NCBI GenBank assembly: GCA_030264375.1
Contig: JASCQW010000139.1
Location: forward strand, 15,351,740-15,415,739
DNA from: Carcharhinus longimanus
Taxonomy: Eukaryota
Length of the DNA stretch: 64,000 nucleotides
Direction: 5' to 3'
Positions within the stretch are counted from its first letter, which is position 1, and every line of letters starts with the position of its first letter. The position numbers were made by a program, and so were the translations under genes. Shown in pieces: positions 38,901 to 51,719 of the stretch. The notes below the pieces were generated by a model. The model was not told where the DNA came from. It made no database searches and saw only the letters and a list, made by a program, of their open reading frames with translations.

Positions 38901-39535
38901 CATGCACAACCCTTTGTAGTTTCTTGTGGTCTTGATCAGAGCAGGAGTCATACCAAGCTATGATATATCTGAAAAGGATGCTTTTTATAGTGCATCTGTA
39001 AAAATTGGTGGGACACTGGTCAGGCTACATTGGCATCCTCTTCCTCCTGCCCCCTCTTCCCGTTCAGAGGAGGTCCAACCAGCAGAAGACACTGTTCCCA
39101 TCAGTTGAGATGCTGAGGACCAGTGCCTTTCAAAAGAAAGGTCATTGTGCTGCAATCCTCAGGGAAGCCTTCCAGGAAAAATTAGGTCTTGAAATGCTGA
39201 GAAATAGGCTTGAAAAGCAATGAAATACAAAGGAACTCACACAGTGACAGGCTGCAAGAACAAGAAAGTGTTGCTGATCCAAGAGCCTTTTATCCTGTAT
39301 TTGGATGAAGAAGTGATAAAAATGTGATTTCCGCCCATCCATTTTATCTGTGTGGCGAACTGAAAATCACATGAACAATGCAAAAATTGCAGCGTATTGA
39401 CTTGTTGATGGCCTTAATTGGTCCATTAATTTTTAGTGGGTATGCATCCAATTTGTGTGCAGCCTAGTGTTGGGCTGATATTTTATTGGGTCAAGCACAT
39501 TCCTGACCCTCCACCCCCAAAGTAAAATTCTGGCC
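35918..39535 (-). mobile_element. PIF/Harbinger element, decayed; transposase remnant at about 37100-38150
   Basis: ALKVTVALNF...GDLC, IDVIH, VNVQIVCDH...YLGSSHDIFI (DDE region); candidate TIRs agctggaattttac / gtaaaattctggcc with aat on both flanks; spans two gaps. Confidence 0.7.
38190..39010 (-). mobile_element. Rex/Babar LINE 3' part nested in the Harbinger, itself interrupted at about 38710-38885
   Basis: Collinear with 12233-12870 on both sides of an unrelated insert of about 175 bp. Confidence 0.75.
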
Positions 39536-39587
39536 AATGAGTCTGAAAAAGCAAACTCAATGCTGGAGTTAAGGATAGTGAACTGAT

Positions 39588-39889
39588 GTGGTGGCACAGT
39601 GGTTAGCACTGTTACGTCAGAGCACCAGGGACCTGGGTTCGATTCCCGGCTTGGGTCACTGTGTGTAGTTTGCACATTCTCCCTGTGTCTGCGTGGCTTC
39701 CTCCGACAGTCCAAAGATACACGGGTTAGGTGCATTGGCTATGCTAAATTGATCCTTAATGTCCTGGAATGCATAGGTTGGAGGAATTAGCAGGGTAAAT
39801 ATGTAGGGATAGCATAGGTGGAATTGTTGTCGGTGCAGTCGTGAAGGGCCGAATGGCTTCCTGCTGCACTGTAAAGATTTGATTCTATG
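39588..39889 (+). mobile_element. HE1/V-SINE-type SINE
   Basis: tggcacagtggttagcac...gggttcgattccc; tail gggccgaatggc...ttctatg. Confidence 0.85.
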
Positions 39890-40784
39890 TGGAATCATGA
39901 TATTTGTTTCCGTAAGGAAAGGGAGTGGCAAGTTATGGAATCAATAATGCAATGCTTGTTGTTCATGCACTGACACTTACAAATGGAAAACCAGTGTTTT
40001 ATTATTGTTGTGTTCAATACAGTATCCTACCACACTATGGGGCTCCCGAGCATTATGTGCTAGGTTCCAGCCATGCCAATTGATAATGCAAATAACCTAA
40101 ACTTTGCATTATCAATTCCCTTTGGACATATAAATGGTAAATCTGGACTATATAAATTGATTCTGGTACAGATGATGCTTTTAATTGCCTGTTGAGCAAG
40201 GAGTTGAATGGAGAATGTGGAATGAAGAGAATGTTAGCTACTCATTCTTGAAAGGTCTTTAACAAGAATATCACCCTCTATCTGGCACTAATCAATGATT
40301 ATCACCAAGAGCTCACTAATGTAACAAGACAGCAGTATGTGTTTGGATAAAGCTTTAANNNNNNNNNNNNNNNNNNNNNNNNNNNNNNNNNNNNNNNNNN
40401 NNNNNNNNNNNNNNNNNNNNNNNNNNNNNNNNNNNNNNNNNNNNNNNNNNNNNNNNNNNNNNNNNNNNNNNNNNNNNNNNNNNNNNNNNNNNNNNNNNNN
40501 NNNNNNNNNNNNNNNNNNNNNNNNNNNNNNNNNNNNNNNNNNNNNNNNNNNNNNNNNNNNNNNNNNNNNNNNNNNNNNNNNNNNNNNNNNNNNNNNNNNN
40601 NNNNNNNNNNNNNNNNNNNNNNNNNNNNNNNNNNNNNNNNNNNNNNNNNNNNNNNNNNNNNNNNNNNNNNNNNNNNNNNNNNNNNNNNNNNNNNNNNNNN
40701 NNNNNNNNNNNNNNNNNNNNNNNNNNNNNNNNNNNNNNNCTTCAAGATATATTATCAGTCTTTATATTCAAAAGTGTTGCTCAC

Positions 40785-40960
40785 CTGTTAAGAGCTAAAT
40801 ACAGTTCTGTGTTGTGCGCATGGAACTGGTCTCCACTGAGGTCATAAAAGTTAACTGTAAAAGTCAATGTCATTCCAAGAGGAAAGGCAGCCAGTTCTTC
40901 GTTTTTGGCTACATACAACTTCGGACTAGTGTTAATACTGAGATACGCCACTGGAGCCAC
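40785..40960 (-). CDS. NUP210L: NUP210L coding exon 9 of 18 (176 nt, phase 0 to 2)
   Basis: tag|GTG...AG|gtgag; VAPVAYLSINTSPKLYVAKNEELAAFPLGMTLTFTVNFYDLSGDQFHAHNTELYLALN(R). Confidence 0.94.
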
Positions 40961-42560
40961 CTAATATCAATACAGTAAGTTGACTGAACCTTAATAAGCA
41001 CTTAAGATGAACGTTAGTCTAGATTAATGACTATTAAAAACAAGTAAAGCAATTTTCATAACTTTCAGCTGTGTGTAGAGACAACAAGAAGAACTAGGGT
41101 TTATTTGTAATGGTATGTTACCAATTAACAACTGTGCAGAGCCATAAACAATTACCATTGCCAATGCTTCTGGGGGAGGGGGGGGTGTTGAAGGGACGAG
41201 AGAGAGAGAGAGGGGAATGCTCCTGACATCTTAATAGTTGTTCATGGATATTAAAGTTGACAATAAACTATTAATGCTGGTTATATACTGACTAGATTTA
41301 TGCAGGAATAGGTTAATGTCAGCTTCAAAAATCCAAGGAGTTAACAGTCCCCAATGGTTCCCTCAGTTCCCAGTAAAAAAACTGCAGGAAAAGCAGAAAG
41401 TTGCAAGTCTGACCTTCAGTCAGTGCTAAATTGAATACATTTGGCTTCAGTAGTTCTGGGGTAGGGTGAGAAATGAACCAAATTGCTTCCTTCTGTTTGC
41501 AACATATTGATTCATACAAGACAAATGGGCATCTGATGATAGCAAGATCACTTGGTTGTGATGCAACAATCAAATAGTCTGCTGACAACAAGGGCTGACA
41601 GGACCCTGATGTCAGTGCAAAAAGCAAATCCCGAGGCTGCACTTGGCAGACAGCGGATCTTGCTCAGCAATTTTATTATTGGCGTCCTCCTAATTGGCTG
41701 CCTCTGGCTTTGCCGCCCAATTAAGGATGGCGGACAGGCTCCTGACACTGCCAGTCCAATCATAGAGCCACCAAATCTGAAGCTTCAGCAGCGATATCAG
41801 AAGTGCTGGCTGCTGAGGAATGCTGGAGACCTGGGGAACCCCTGAGGGGAGATCACTGAAGCTGTCACACTGTCCACAGCCCCATCATCCTTCCTCTATA
41901 TCCTTCATGAGCTGGGGCAAGAAGGCTGTTTCCATTTGCTAGCAGCCTGCCTGGAATCATTGTTCCACTGCCGGCAACAAAATAAAATGACTCTTGGCTG
42001 GGTTTTTAATTATTTAAATCCTGCAATCTGTCCCACTATTAGTAAAATGCCCCAAAGCTGGGACTAGGTTGGGGTGCTGAACAGACCTGGCTCCTGTGTC
42101 TCAGGGGCTGGTAAAACTCTGGTCTAACTGTCCATCTCACTCTCACACAAATAATTACTATTCAGATAAAGTATTGATGGGTAAGTGTCAGCTTTGAACT
42201 CTATTGCTGTGAGGTACTGTGAGGTGAGGTACTAGAGGCGACAAAGGCAGAAAATTAGAGAAAATCATGAACAATTAAGTGCAAAATATTTACAAACCCC
42301 AAAACAGATGAAAAACATTCTGATTTAGCAGCTCTACATTCATTGAGTTCTACAAAGTATAAATGATCCCAGACATGACTAGTAAGACATTACAATGTGC
42401 AAAATACTTGGTGAGATGCATTGACACTGTTTTCAGAATTCCTTGAATTGGGACATACTCATGCCATTAAATACAACACACATGTTCACTGAATTGGGCT
42501 CCATATAATGGACATTTTGCTTTACTTTAAAATTTGATACACCATTGTTCAGTGCTCTGC

Positions 42561-42698
42561 AAGCAAAATTCTCCCAACTTGCCCGCCGCAGGGATTGTAG
42601 TGAATCAGACAAAAAATTCAGCAGACCATTCAAAAGGTCCATCGAACTTGGACAGGAATTTTAGGTCTTGGGGCGTGCTTGGCCAGAGAATCTCGCTC
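42561..42698. mobile_element. MITE, same family as 3584-3709
   Basis: Shared cccgcc...cagaccat.caaa.ggtc body and imperfect TIRs. Confidence 0.55.
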
Positions 42699-43254
42699 AT
42701 TAACTATTCATAATGTTGTACAAGCATACCTGCATATGCACCATGCGCACACTAAACTTTGGAGGAAAACAAAATAGCTGAATGAGGGAAGTAGAATTCA
42801 GCCAAAGTATGCCTCAAATTTGACAATCATGATGATAATAGGTTATAGGTTTTTATTTAGAGTACTTGTAGGAAATCATCTTACTGGTTCAACAGTAGAG
42901 ATTTGCAGATGTAGAAGGGCTGATAAATAAAACATGGTCAGCTTTCTAAGCACTCCAATGTCTTGAATTTTAATGGCAAGATTTGTGTCTCTGTACTCCC
43001 AGGGCAGAATCCAGGTATGAAGATTTGGTGAAGTGCCTCTACAGCAATATAGTTCTATCTCTAATCCTCATTCTAGTTACAAGTCTACTAGATTAGTTAC
43101 TAGACCTGGTCTTTCATATGTCCTCAAGAGTACCTCTAAGCATCTTACTCCAAGGCTTTCAGCAAAGTTTCACTGTAATGAATTGGGACTGCATTATGAC
43201 AATCTCAGGGTTAATTTGTTTATGGTTTCTTTTACTTGTCAGGGTTAGGTGGCA

Positions 43255-43660
43255 TAAGATCTCTACTTTGCACATCCACATTGTAGCAAAGTTGAGATCA
43301 AGACCATACTGTGCACATTATTGCTTTATATTTTTAGGCTGCAATGAACCATATCATTCAGTGAAGCCATTTCTAATTTCTTGCACCTGCCAAATCCATG
43401 ACCACTGCAATCTAGACGGTCCCCTCCAAATCACTCATCCTTCTGACTTAGAAATATAACTGTTCCTTCCTTGTTACTGAATAAAAATCCTGGAGCTCCC
43501 TCCCTAACAGCACTGTATGCCTCAAATTTTGGGCTCCTACACTTGAAGGACTTCAGCAGTTCAAGCAGGTATCTTGTCACCACCTTCTCGAGGACATTAA
43601 GGAATGAGCAATAAATGCTGCCTAACCAGTGATGTCTACATCCCCCAAATTAATAAAATA
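43255..43660 (+). mobile_element. CR1/L2-group LINE 3' end
   Basis: atcctggagctccctccctaacagcactgt...cagcagttcaag...caccaccttctcgagg...aataaatgctg tail; related to the tail of the 25258 SINE. Confidence 0.6.
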
Positions 43661-43733
43661 ATAAAGTCATGAAGCTATTTAAAATCACCATTTATGATTC
43701 GCATTATAACTCATAAAATGGGACGGTACTTAC

Positions 43734-43908
43734 TCTTACTCCTGTTACAATAGTTTGGTTCAGTCCAAAGTATTCGAGTGATGTTACTGTGAGTGCTGAA
43801 GAACCAGTTCTGGGCCCAGACATCAAGACACCATGTCCATCCTCCGTTATCACAGACTTATTATGAGGACATTTGCGCACTTCGTAGTTGACATAGGCTT
43901 TGCCATCC
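43734..43908 (-). CDS. NUP210L: NUP210L coding exon 8 of 18 (175 nt, phase 2 to 0)
   Basis: cag|G...AGA|gtaagt; DGKAYVNYEVRKCPHNKSVITEDGHGVLMSGPRTGSSALTVTSLEYFGLNQTIVTGVR. Confidence 0.92.
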
Positions 43909-46900
43909 CTGTTGATTCCAAAAATGGAACTTTAAAACCATAACCTTAGTATAGGTATATATATTTACTACAATCGTATACTTTTTTCCCGAGAGTGGAA
44001 CTTTCCTGTGGGTTTGGGAACTCTGCCATTAAGTTCAACTGGGGATCAGAAGTCCATGCCACAGGAAGATGGGTGATTGAATTAGGCAGAAGCCGGAATT
44101 TTGATTTGCCAATGGTGGGTTGATATGCAGAGTTTATCTCAGCAGTGTGTCAGAACTCACACTGTCCTGTGGCAGGCTCCCACTTGTATGTTATGGATAG
44201 TCATTCGCATGAAATCTTTTGTAATTATGTCCTGCCTTTAAGATAAAGTCATTGGCACATGTGAATATCATGGTATCCAGTTCACATATATGTAAAGGTG
44301 GCATGTGCCTAAGATGGGCAGTTTTCCTTGTTGAACTTCATGACACAAGGGAGAGGAGTAGGAGAATGACAGCTTGTATGGAGGCTCAGGACCAGCAAGC
44401 GCAAGTCAGGGGACAGTTGTGGGGTGGTGGGGTTAATGGAGGTCTGAGGGTTCTTCCAACAGATCTGTGATGAATCTTGGACAATGGGTGGCCATTGAAA
44501 CATTCTGGCAGTGATACACAGCCCCAGTTTGATCTGCAGGTTATTTTAAAGCCCATCCGTAGCTGCAGCATGGTGGCTTTCACCAATGAGAAGCTACCCC
44601 TGTCATGGAATTGCATGCTTCCTATGCATTTCACTGGCATCTTAAGTTTTTACTGTGGGAAACAGGAAAGAGCAAGGGAATGGAAATGACACACATTTAC
44701 AAGTTCACATTAGGAATGGCATGTCAAAGTTAAAATTCTGTTCTACGTGGATAACAGTCACTGGGCTGTGATGTTCCCTGAATTAACCAATTAGTGGTCA
44801 GAGGGCAGGCTCGCTGTCCAATTAAGAATGGCAAGCTAACTGGAAGTTCTCCATTCCTGAAAAAGCAGCAGGCTGCTTGGGAGGGTGATCCAAAATAAAT
44901 AATTAAAATAAAAATGCCCTTAGCATCTGGGCTACGGTTGCGGATGGGGAACCCAAATTGGCCTGCTGGGCTGCCCGCTGGAGAATCACCTTCAGGTAGC
45001 TATACGGGTCTTCGATGCCTCCAAAAGCTGATTGGAAAATTTCCATTCAACCTCTGACAATATAGGCCTCAATGGACCTTTAATGAGCCTTAATTGACCA
45101 CCTGAAGAGCCTGGGTCCTTGCCTTCTGCTTCTGAGAAAGTAGTCTGGGAGTAAGACGGTGCCAGAAAACTAGCTTGCTCATATGGAAATTCCATGCCTG
45201 CTGCCTCCATGCTCGTCCCCATTGAGGCATATAAATTCAGTCCAAAAAGGAACAGTGATTTCCAGTAATCCAGATACTTATATATTAAATATTATTTGCT
45301 TTCTTGGTAACTGGAAGCTATAGGAGGTTAGACACTGACCATAAAGTTTTGGAGCAGGCTCCATATCCAGCACTAACCCATGAAATGAAAGTTTCCTTTG
45401 TCTGCTGCTTGTAAGGTTCCTAACTGAATTGAATTTGAGCAGTCTAGTTCCTTTATGGCATGGGCATACAGCACAAAATTGTCACTAATTCAGCACTAAC
45501 TAGAAAAAGAACTTGAACAACCCAAGGGGGAACAGAGAAAATACCACTCTGGCTCAACAGAATTTTTTTTCTGAGAACATGGTTGGGGAAAATTATTTCA
45601 ACTTAGGAAAGTCAAATTTACATCCAACTACTTGACTTGGAAGTGTTTAATATTGGCGCCGGGTGCCTGAAATGGGAAGTGCCTGTTGTCCAGAATTAAC
45701 ATCCTTGATGAGCGCCAAGATTTCAGAATCACTAATGAGGAATTACATTTCTTTCTCTTTGGCAAGTTAGTGCAGAGTGAGAACACTGCCAATCAATGTC
45801 AATCTGCTACTAACCAACCACAATTTCCTCTCAGGACTCTCCTTTATTATTCAGGTTAAGTTTGAAATGACTGTTCTATCATTTATGTCCTATTTTTACT
45901 GGATGTCCGGTCTCATGACTTTCTTTTCCTCTTGAGTAAGCCCTTCCAGAAAGGAAAATCCTTCCACCTTGTTCGCATCATTTTACTTCCGGAAACAGCA
46001 AGCATTCCCTCATTGCCATAATATGCAGATCACAGCAAGCTACCATGATTGCTGAGACTTTTGGTGGGTTGTATTCCAGGACTTCCTCAGTTGGCAATGT
46101 TTGTAGTTGGAATGGAGTTAGAAAGAGTACTGGGAGGAAATAAGTGGGGAACTGGTAGCATATGAGATGCTGGGATTGGCAGGAATGAGTAGGTCAAATG
46201 TCTTCAGCAATAAGAAGCAAAACTAAATGGAGGAAGTGTGCCTGGGGCGTATCTGGGATTGACAAGTGAGGATGCTTAGCCAATGAGTATCTCAAAGACT
46301 GAGTTTGATAGATTTTAAGTGTTAAGGGAATCAAGGGATAGAATGGGAAAGTGTAAACGTTCAAGGAAGGGATCATACAGCTTATTGCTGCCCCTATTTC
46401 TTTTGTTAATTAGTCCACTGAGTTACAATGAACAATAAAGCCCATCAATTCTGGCTGCAGATGATAATTAAATGCAGCTTCTCTTTGCTTTCTTTGTTAG
46501 CTTGGCAATACTTATCAATTACTAAGATACGAACAGACTATCCATTCTCTGTAACAATCTGTAGCCAGCCACTGGAGAATGAAATGTAGTGACCTACATT
46601 GTCTTGTTCTCAATGTTTTGGAGTTGTCAGTCATTGTTTGGCATAGTTTTGCAACTTTTTCTTGTGATCTGTTTGGTGCACAATCCTACATAGGATCACA
46701 ATAAAATCCCATACATGGGCTGGATTTTAATATACTGGTGCATTTTGCAATGTATTTGCAACTTTGCCCCAGAAAATAGTAAACCTTAAAAAAAACCCAC
46801 CCACTGCTTCATTTGATCCACTTCAGATTTGCAAATTTTTAAGCAGCAACAGAAATAACATTTTGCATACAATTTCAAATCAACAAGAAATGTAAAGAAG

Positions 46901-47287
46901 ATTAAATTGCAATCTTTTATGAGAAACCCACTTAAGAAAGAAAGCAAAATGAGTAAACTTGTTNNNNNNNNNNNNNNNNNNNNNNNNNNNNNNNNNNNNN
47001 NNNNNNNNNNNNNNNNNNNNNNNNNNNNNNNNNNNNNNNNNNNNNNNNNNNNNNNNNNNNNNNNNNNNNNNNNNNNNNNNNNNNNAGCAATTCTAGAATA
47101 AAATCCACTGACAATGAAGGCATGGCAGTATGTCTAAGTCAAGATAGTATTTGCCTTAGAGTGGAACTGGAAGTTGGGTTGTTCCCATGGCATTATTCCA
47201 CTTGCCTTTCTTGATAGGAGATGGCATGGAAGGGAGGTGCTATCAAAGCAATCCATCACACCAGTGACTTGAATCCTGCAGACTGTA

Positions 47288-47588
47288 GGCAAGCACGATG
47301 GCACAGTGGTTAGCATTGCTGCCTCACAACGCCACAACCCGGGTTCAATTCCTGGCTTGGGTCACTGTCTGTATGGAGTTTGCATGTTCTCCTCGTATCT
47401 GCATGGATTTACTCCGGGTGCTCCGGTTTTCTTCCACAATCTGAAAAATGTGTTGGTCAGGTGGACTGGCCATGCTAAATTCTCCCTCCATATGCCTGTT
47501 CAGGCGGCAGAGTGTGGCAACTAGGGGATTTTCACAGTAACTTCATTGCAGTGTTAGTTAATTTGTGACTAATAAATAATCTTTAACT
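47288..47588 (+). mobile_element. HE1/V-SINE-type SINE
   Basis: ggcaagcacgatggcacagtggttagc...gggttcaattcc; tail ggggattttcacagtaacttcattgcagtg. Confidence 0.85.
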
Positions 47589-48127
47589 TCTACTTTAGCT
47601 GTGAAGAATAAGGAGGTGAGACACTTGTGGCAAAGTATCAATCTCTGTCTGGTTCCCATGTTGTTGATATTGAGTCCACTTCAATTTTGGGTCAGTTGTT
47701 AATTTCTAGGATGTTGATATTGGATGACTCAGCCATGTTGGTACCACTGTTAGTCAAAAAGAGATGGTTCGGCTTTCTCTTGTTCAATACAGTTATTTTC
47801 TGGCGCTTCAGTGGTGCAAGGGTCACTGATCATTTGTCAGTCAGTCCTAGCCTGATAAGTGGCAGATTACAAGCCCGCCATATAACTGCCTGTTAATGAT
47901 GAAGTTGTCCTGCTATAGGCTGGCATTTTGTTGCTTCACATGAAAGAAACTGAACACCGTAATTGTTAACGAGCAAACTCACAACTGAATTTATAGAAAA
48001 AGATCATCGATAAAACAGCTGAAGATAGTTGGGTTGAAGATATATCCCTGAAGATAAATTGTTAATGTCATGGTTTAAATTATACTCAAACTTGATCATC
48101 ATAATTCAAAGAAACAAATAAACTCAC

Positions 48128-48219
48128 CTAGAGGTCTGTAACTTTAGATAGGAGTTTGGTGACATCAGCACTTCCTCTGCTGGTAGAGAGAGAGGCAAAA
48201 GTTCTAATATTCCAAAAAC
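48128..48219 (-). CDS. NUP210L: NUP210L coding exon 7 of 18 (92 nt, phase 0 to 2)
   Basis: tag|GTT...AG|gtgag; VFGILELLPLSLPAEEVLMSPNSYLKLQTS(R). Confidence 0.92.
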
Positions 48220-49048
48220 CTACAAATGAGTAAAGGAACATTTGTTATTGTAAACATATCCTCATTAATCGGATCAACACCTGCATGCGTTCTTACATCA
48301 CTCACTGCTGTGGCAAGAAAAACCACAACTGAGATTATAAGTGAAGTGGTCAGTTCTGAACAAAAACAAATTGCAAAGAAACACAAAACTGCAATTATTT
48401 TCGAGCTTTTGTAGGAATCCTTTCCAACAAATTATTACGAATAAAATTAAAATATTAAATAACTAACTGGATTCATTCCAGTAAAAGTGATAGCAACTAT
48501 TTATTGTTAATTTATCTTAACTACACCTAAAGCTTATGCTGAAGAAAATACATGTGTATGTAAAAATGCAGTGTATAAGTGCACTAGACTGTGTTAACAG
48601 TAAAGTGAAGACACATCAAATTTTTACATCTTTTATGTTAGAAATTTCTTTTTAGCAGAATATACTTGAGAGCGGTGTTGGTCAATGGATTTTCTTTTCA
48701 TGTGTTTTTGAAAACACATATATATTATGTACACAGATAAAGCTGTGTAAAAACATTAAAGTTGGATCCCGACACATTGTCCATTGCAACATGGAATTAG
48801 TACAAAAGCAGCTGAATGCAGCTGAGTTGATATGCTTTTTGATATTTCCTCTCTCTGGGAATCTAATTATCAACCTGAGATCAGACACAGAGCCAAATTG
48901 CAAGTATAACCACAGATCCAAATTCTCTTAGAGTTCAGCGTACAAAGCAACTAATGTATTGCACCACTTGAGAGGTGATCCCATGAGGAGTCCAATTATT
49001 ATTTAATTCCAAAATCAATGAAAATGAAAACACAGCATACGCAATTAC

Positions 49049-49207
49049 CATGATCTGAATCTCATCAGAAAATTTGTCCACATATCCTTCAAACTGTCCA
49101 GCGGATGGATTCTGTGTCTTTATAGTGACTTTCAAACCTGTTTTCCCTTCTGCTTTGCTGTACAGTAGCATGGCAAAATTATGTTCTGCAGAAAGCTGTA
49201 GCGATAT
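49049..49207 (-). CDS. NUP210L: NUP210L coding exon 6 of 18 (159 nt)
   Basis: tag|ATA...ATG|gtaatt; ISLQLSAEHNFAMLLYSKAEGKTGLKVTIKTQNPSAGQFEGYVDKFSDEIQIM. Confidence 0.93.
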
Positions 49208-49978
49208 CTATAAACCAAACAGACATGCTTCATAATGCACCTGTGCTTCATAGGTAACAAATGCTTATGAACCATCATTCCTCTTGTAATAATAGTCAAA
49301 CAATAATTTTAGGAAAATATTTTAAGATTGTCTCTTGAATGCAAGCCAGAGAAGATAACCACACCACTTGAAGGCAGTGGAAGTTGAAAAGAATTTCAGT
49401 TTTGCCTAAGGAGAATCAAACATATTTAATGTGTTCAACACTGAGTTAAAGTTTAAAAAGTAAAACAAAACACTTGGGGGCAGCAGAGTGCCACACCATG
49501 TTAATGATCTATTGCATTACTCATGATTCCAATTTTCTGTGTATCAAAGTGCAGGGATTTCCCTGATAAAAATGAACTTTGGTGAAAGAATCACCCAGGC
49601 TTCTCTTGTACATGCTCAATTACCTAGATCAATAGTAAAGGTCTTCGGCAGATCACTAATCTCTCCAGCCGAGGAAGCAGTGTTTGGCCCAACTAAGGCT
49701 TGAGTGGGAGGAAATTAAATGCATTTATAAATGAGGGAAAGTTAATTAAAGACTGTCATTAGGGACAGAAGATAAAGCTACTTAATTTAGTGACCAGTCC
49801 TATCACAGATGGCCAAATTGTTTTCTCTTTTTCTACTGCTGTTTGCTTCCATACTAGAGACAGTTAAATACCAAAGCATTTCATGTCAACCAAAAACAAT
49901 TTGTACAAATAAAGATGATATCAAATATTTTAGAAATAAATAAATGATTTTGATTAGTTATAAATAATGAATAACAAT

Positions 49979-50130
49979 GATAGAACATAGAACATTACAG
50001 CGCAGTATATGCCCTTCAGCCCTCGATGTTGCGCCGACCAGTGGAACCAATCTACTGACCCTCTAACCTAAACTAGTCCAACATTATCCATATGTCTATC
50101 CAATGACTATTTGAATGCCCTTAAAGTTGG
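49979..50130 (-). mobile_element. CR1-type LINE 3' tail running into a gap
   Basis: (tagaaca)n terminal repeat followed by gcccttcagccctcgatgttgcgccgacc. Confidence 0.7.
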
Positions 50131-50793
50131 NNNNNNNNNNNNNNNNNNNNNNNNNNNNNNNNNNNNNNNNNNNNNNNNNNNNNNNNNNNNNNNNNNNNNN
50201 NNNNNNNNNNNNNNNNNNNNNNNNNNNNNNNNNNNNNNNNNNNNNNNNNNNNNNNNNNNNNNNNNNNNNNNNNNNNNNNNNNNNNNNNNNNNNNNNNNNN
50301 NNNNNNNNNNNNNNNNNNNNNNNNNNNNNNNNNNNNNNNNNNNNNNNNNNNNNNNNNNNNNNNNNNNNNNNNNNNNNNNNNNNNNNNNNNNNNNNNNNNN
50401 NNNNNNNNNNNNNNNNNNNNNNNNNNNNNNNNNNNNNNNNNNNNNNNNNNNNNNNNNNNNNNNNNNNNNNNNNNNNNNNNNNNNNNNNNNNNNNNNNNNN
50501 NNNNNNNNNNNNNNNNNNNNNNNNNNNNNNNNNNNNNNNNNNNNNNNNNNNNNNNNNNNNNNNNNNNNNNNNNNNNNNNNNNNNNNNNNNNNNNNNNNNN
50601 NNNNNNNNNNNNNNNNNNNNNNNNNNNNNNNNNNNNNNNNNNNNNNNNNNNNNNNNNNNNNNNNNNNNNNNNNNNNNNNNNNNNNNNNNNNNNNNNNNNN
50701 NNNNNNNNNNNNNNNNNNNNNNNNNNNNNNNNNNNNNNNNNNNNNNNNNNNNNNNNNNNNNNNNNNNNNNNNNNNNNNNNNNNNNNNNNNNNN

Positions 50794-50955
<162 letters not shown>

Positions 50956-51719
50956 TCAAATGTAACATATTTTACAACATGTGTATCACACCATGTTAAG
51001 ACTAAGGATTCATACATTCAAGAGTTAGCTACTTATCCATATTCCTATTCAACAAATTGGTTTCGCAATAAAAATGGTTAAATGTTTAAAATTTAAGGAC
51101 AAGTATATCATTTCACAATTTTTTAACTCAAAATATAATTTCAAAGTCTTCTCTGTTTTTGAGATATTATTGAGTAAGACAGAATAATTCATGATTATCT
51201 CATATTCCCCTATGCATTGTGGCATATTACAAGAGTTCTGATGAGGAAAATTACAAAATGACTGAGCAATACAAGTATGAACCAATCTGTTTAAGTCTGA
51301 ATTAGTCTGGTAAAGACCATTCCCATGGGTGGAGGGGCGATAACGGCGATGCTTTCTGAATATTACTGCACAGGATTCACAAGCACATGCTGTCTTTTTG
51401 ATCTAGAAGTCAATGCCTGGCCACCAAAAATAGCTCCTGGCAATCTTTCATTCACATCACAACTGGTTGCCTTTGGTGCATTTCATCTAGCACCTTCCTA
51501 TGTGGGAGGAATGACCACTCTCATACCCCACAAAAGACATCAGCTGAGGGGGATACTCAGCCATCTGTTGTCTTCCAGGATATAATCATTCTGCAAAGGG
51601 TGGAAGGAGGATGCCATGTGCAGGTAAAGGGCTAAAGACTGAATTCCTGCTTTGGAAATGGACTGAGATCATTCAATGGTTGACTGAATCAACCATTGAT
51701 TGCTCAATTATATCCTTTT

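Noticed and set aside
39588-39660. tRNA-like A and B boxes here and at the other SINE heads
   Set aside because: They run into SINE cores and tails and I could not see a complete cloverleaf; not tRNA genes.
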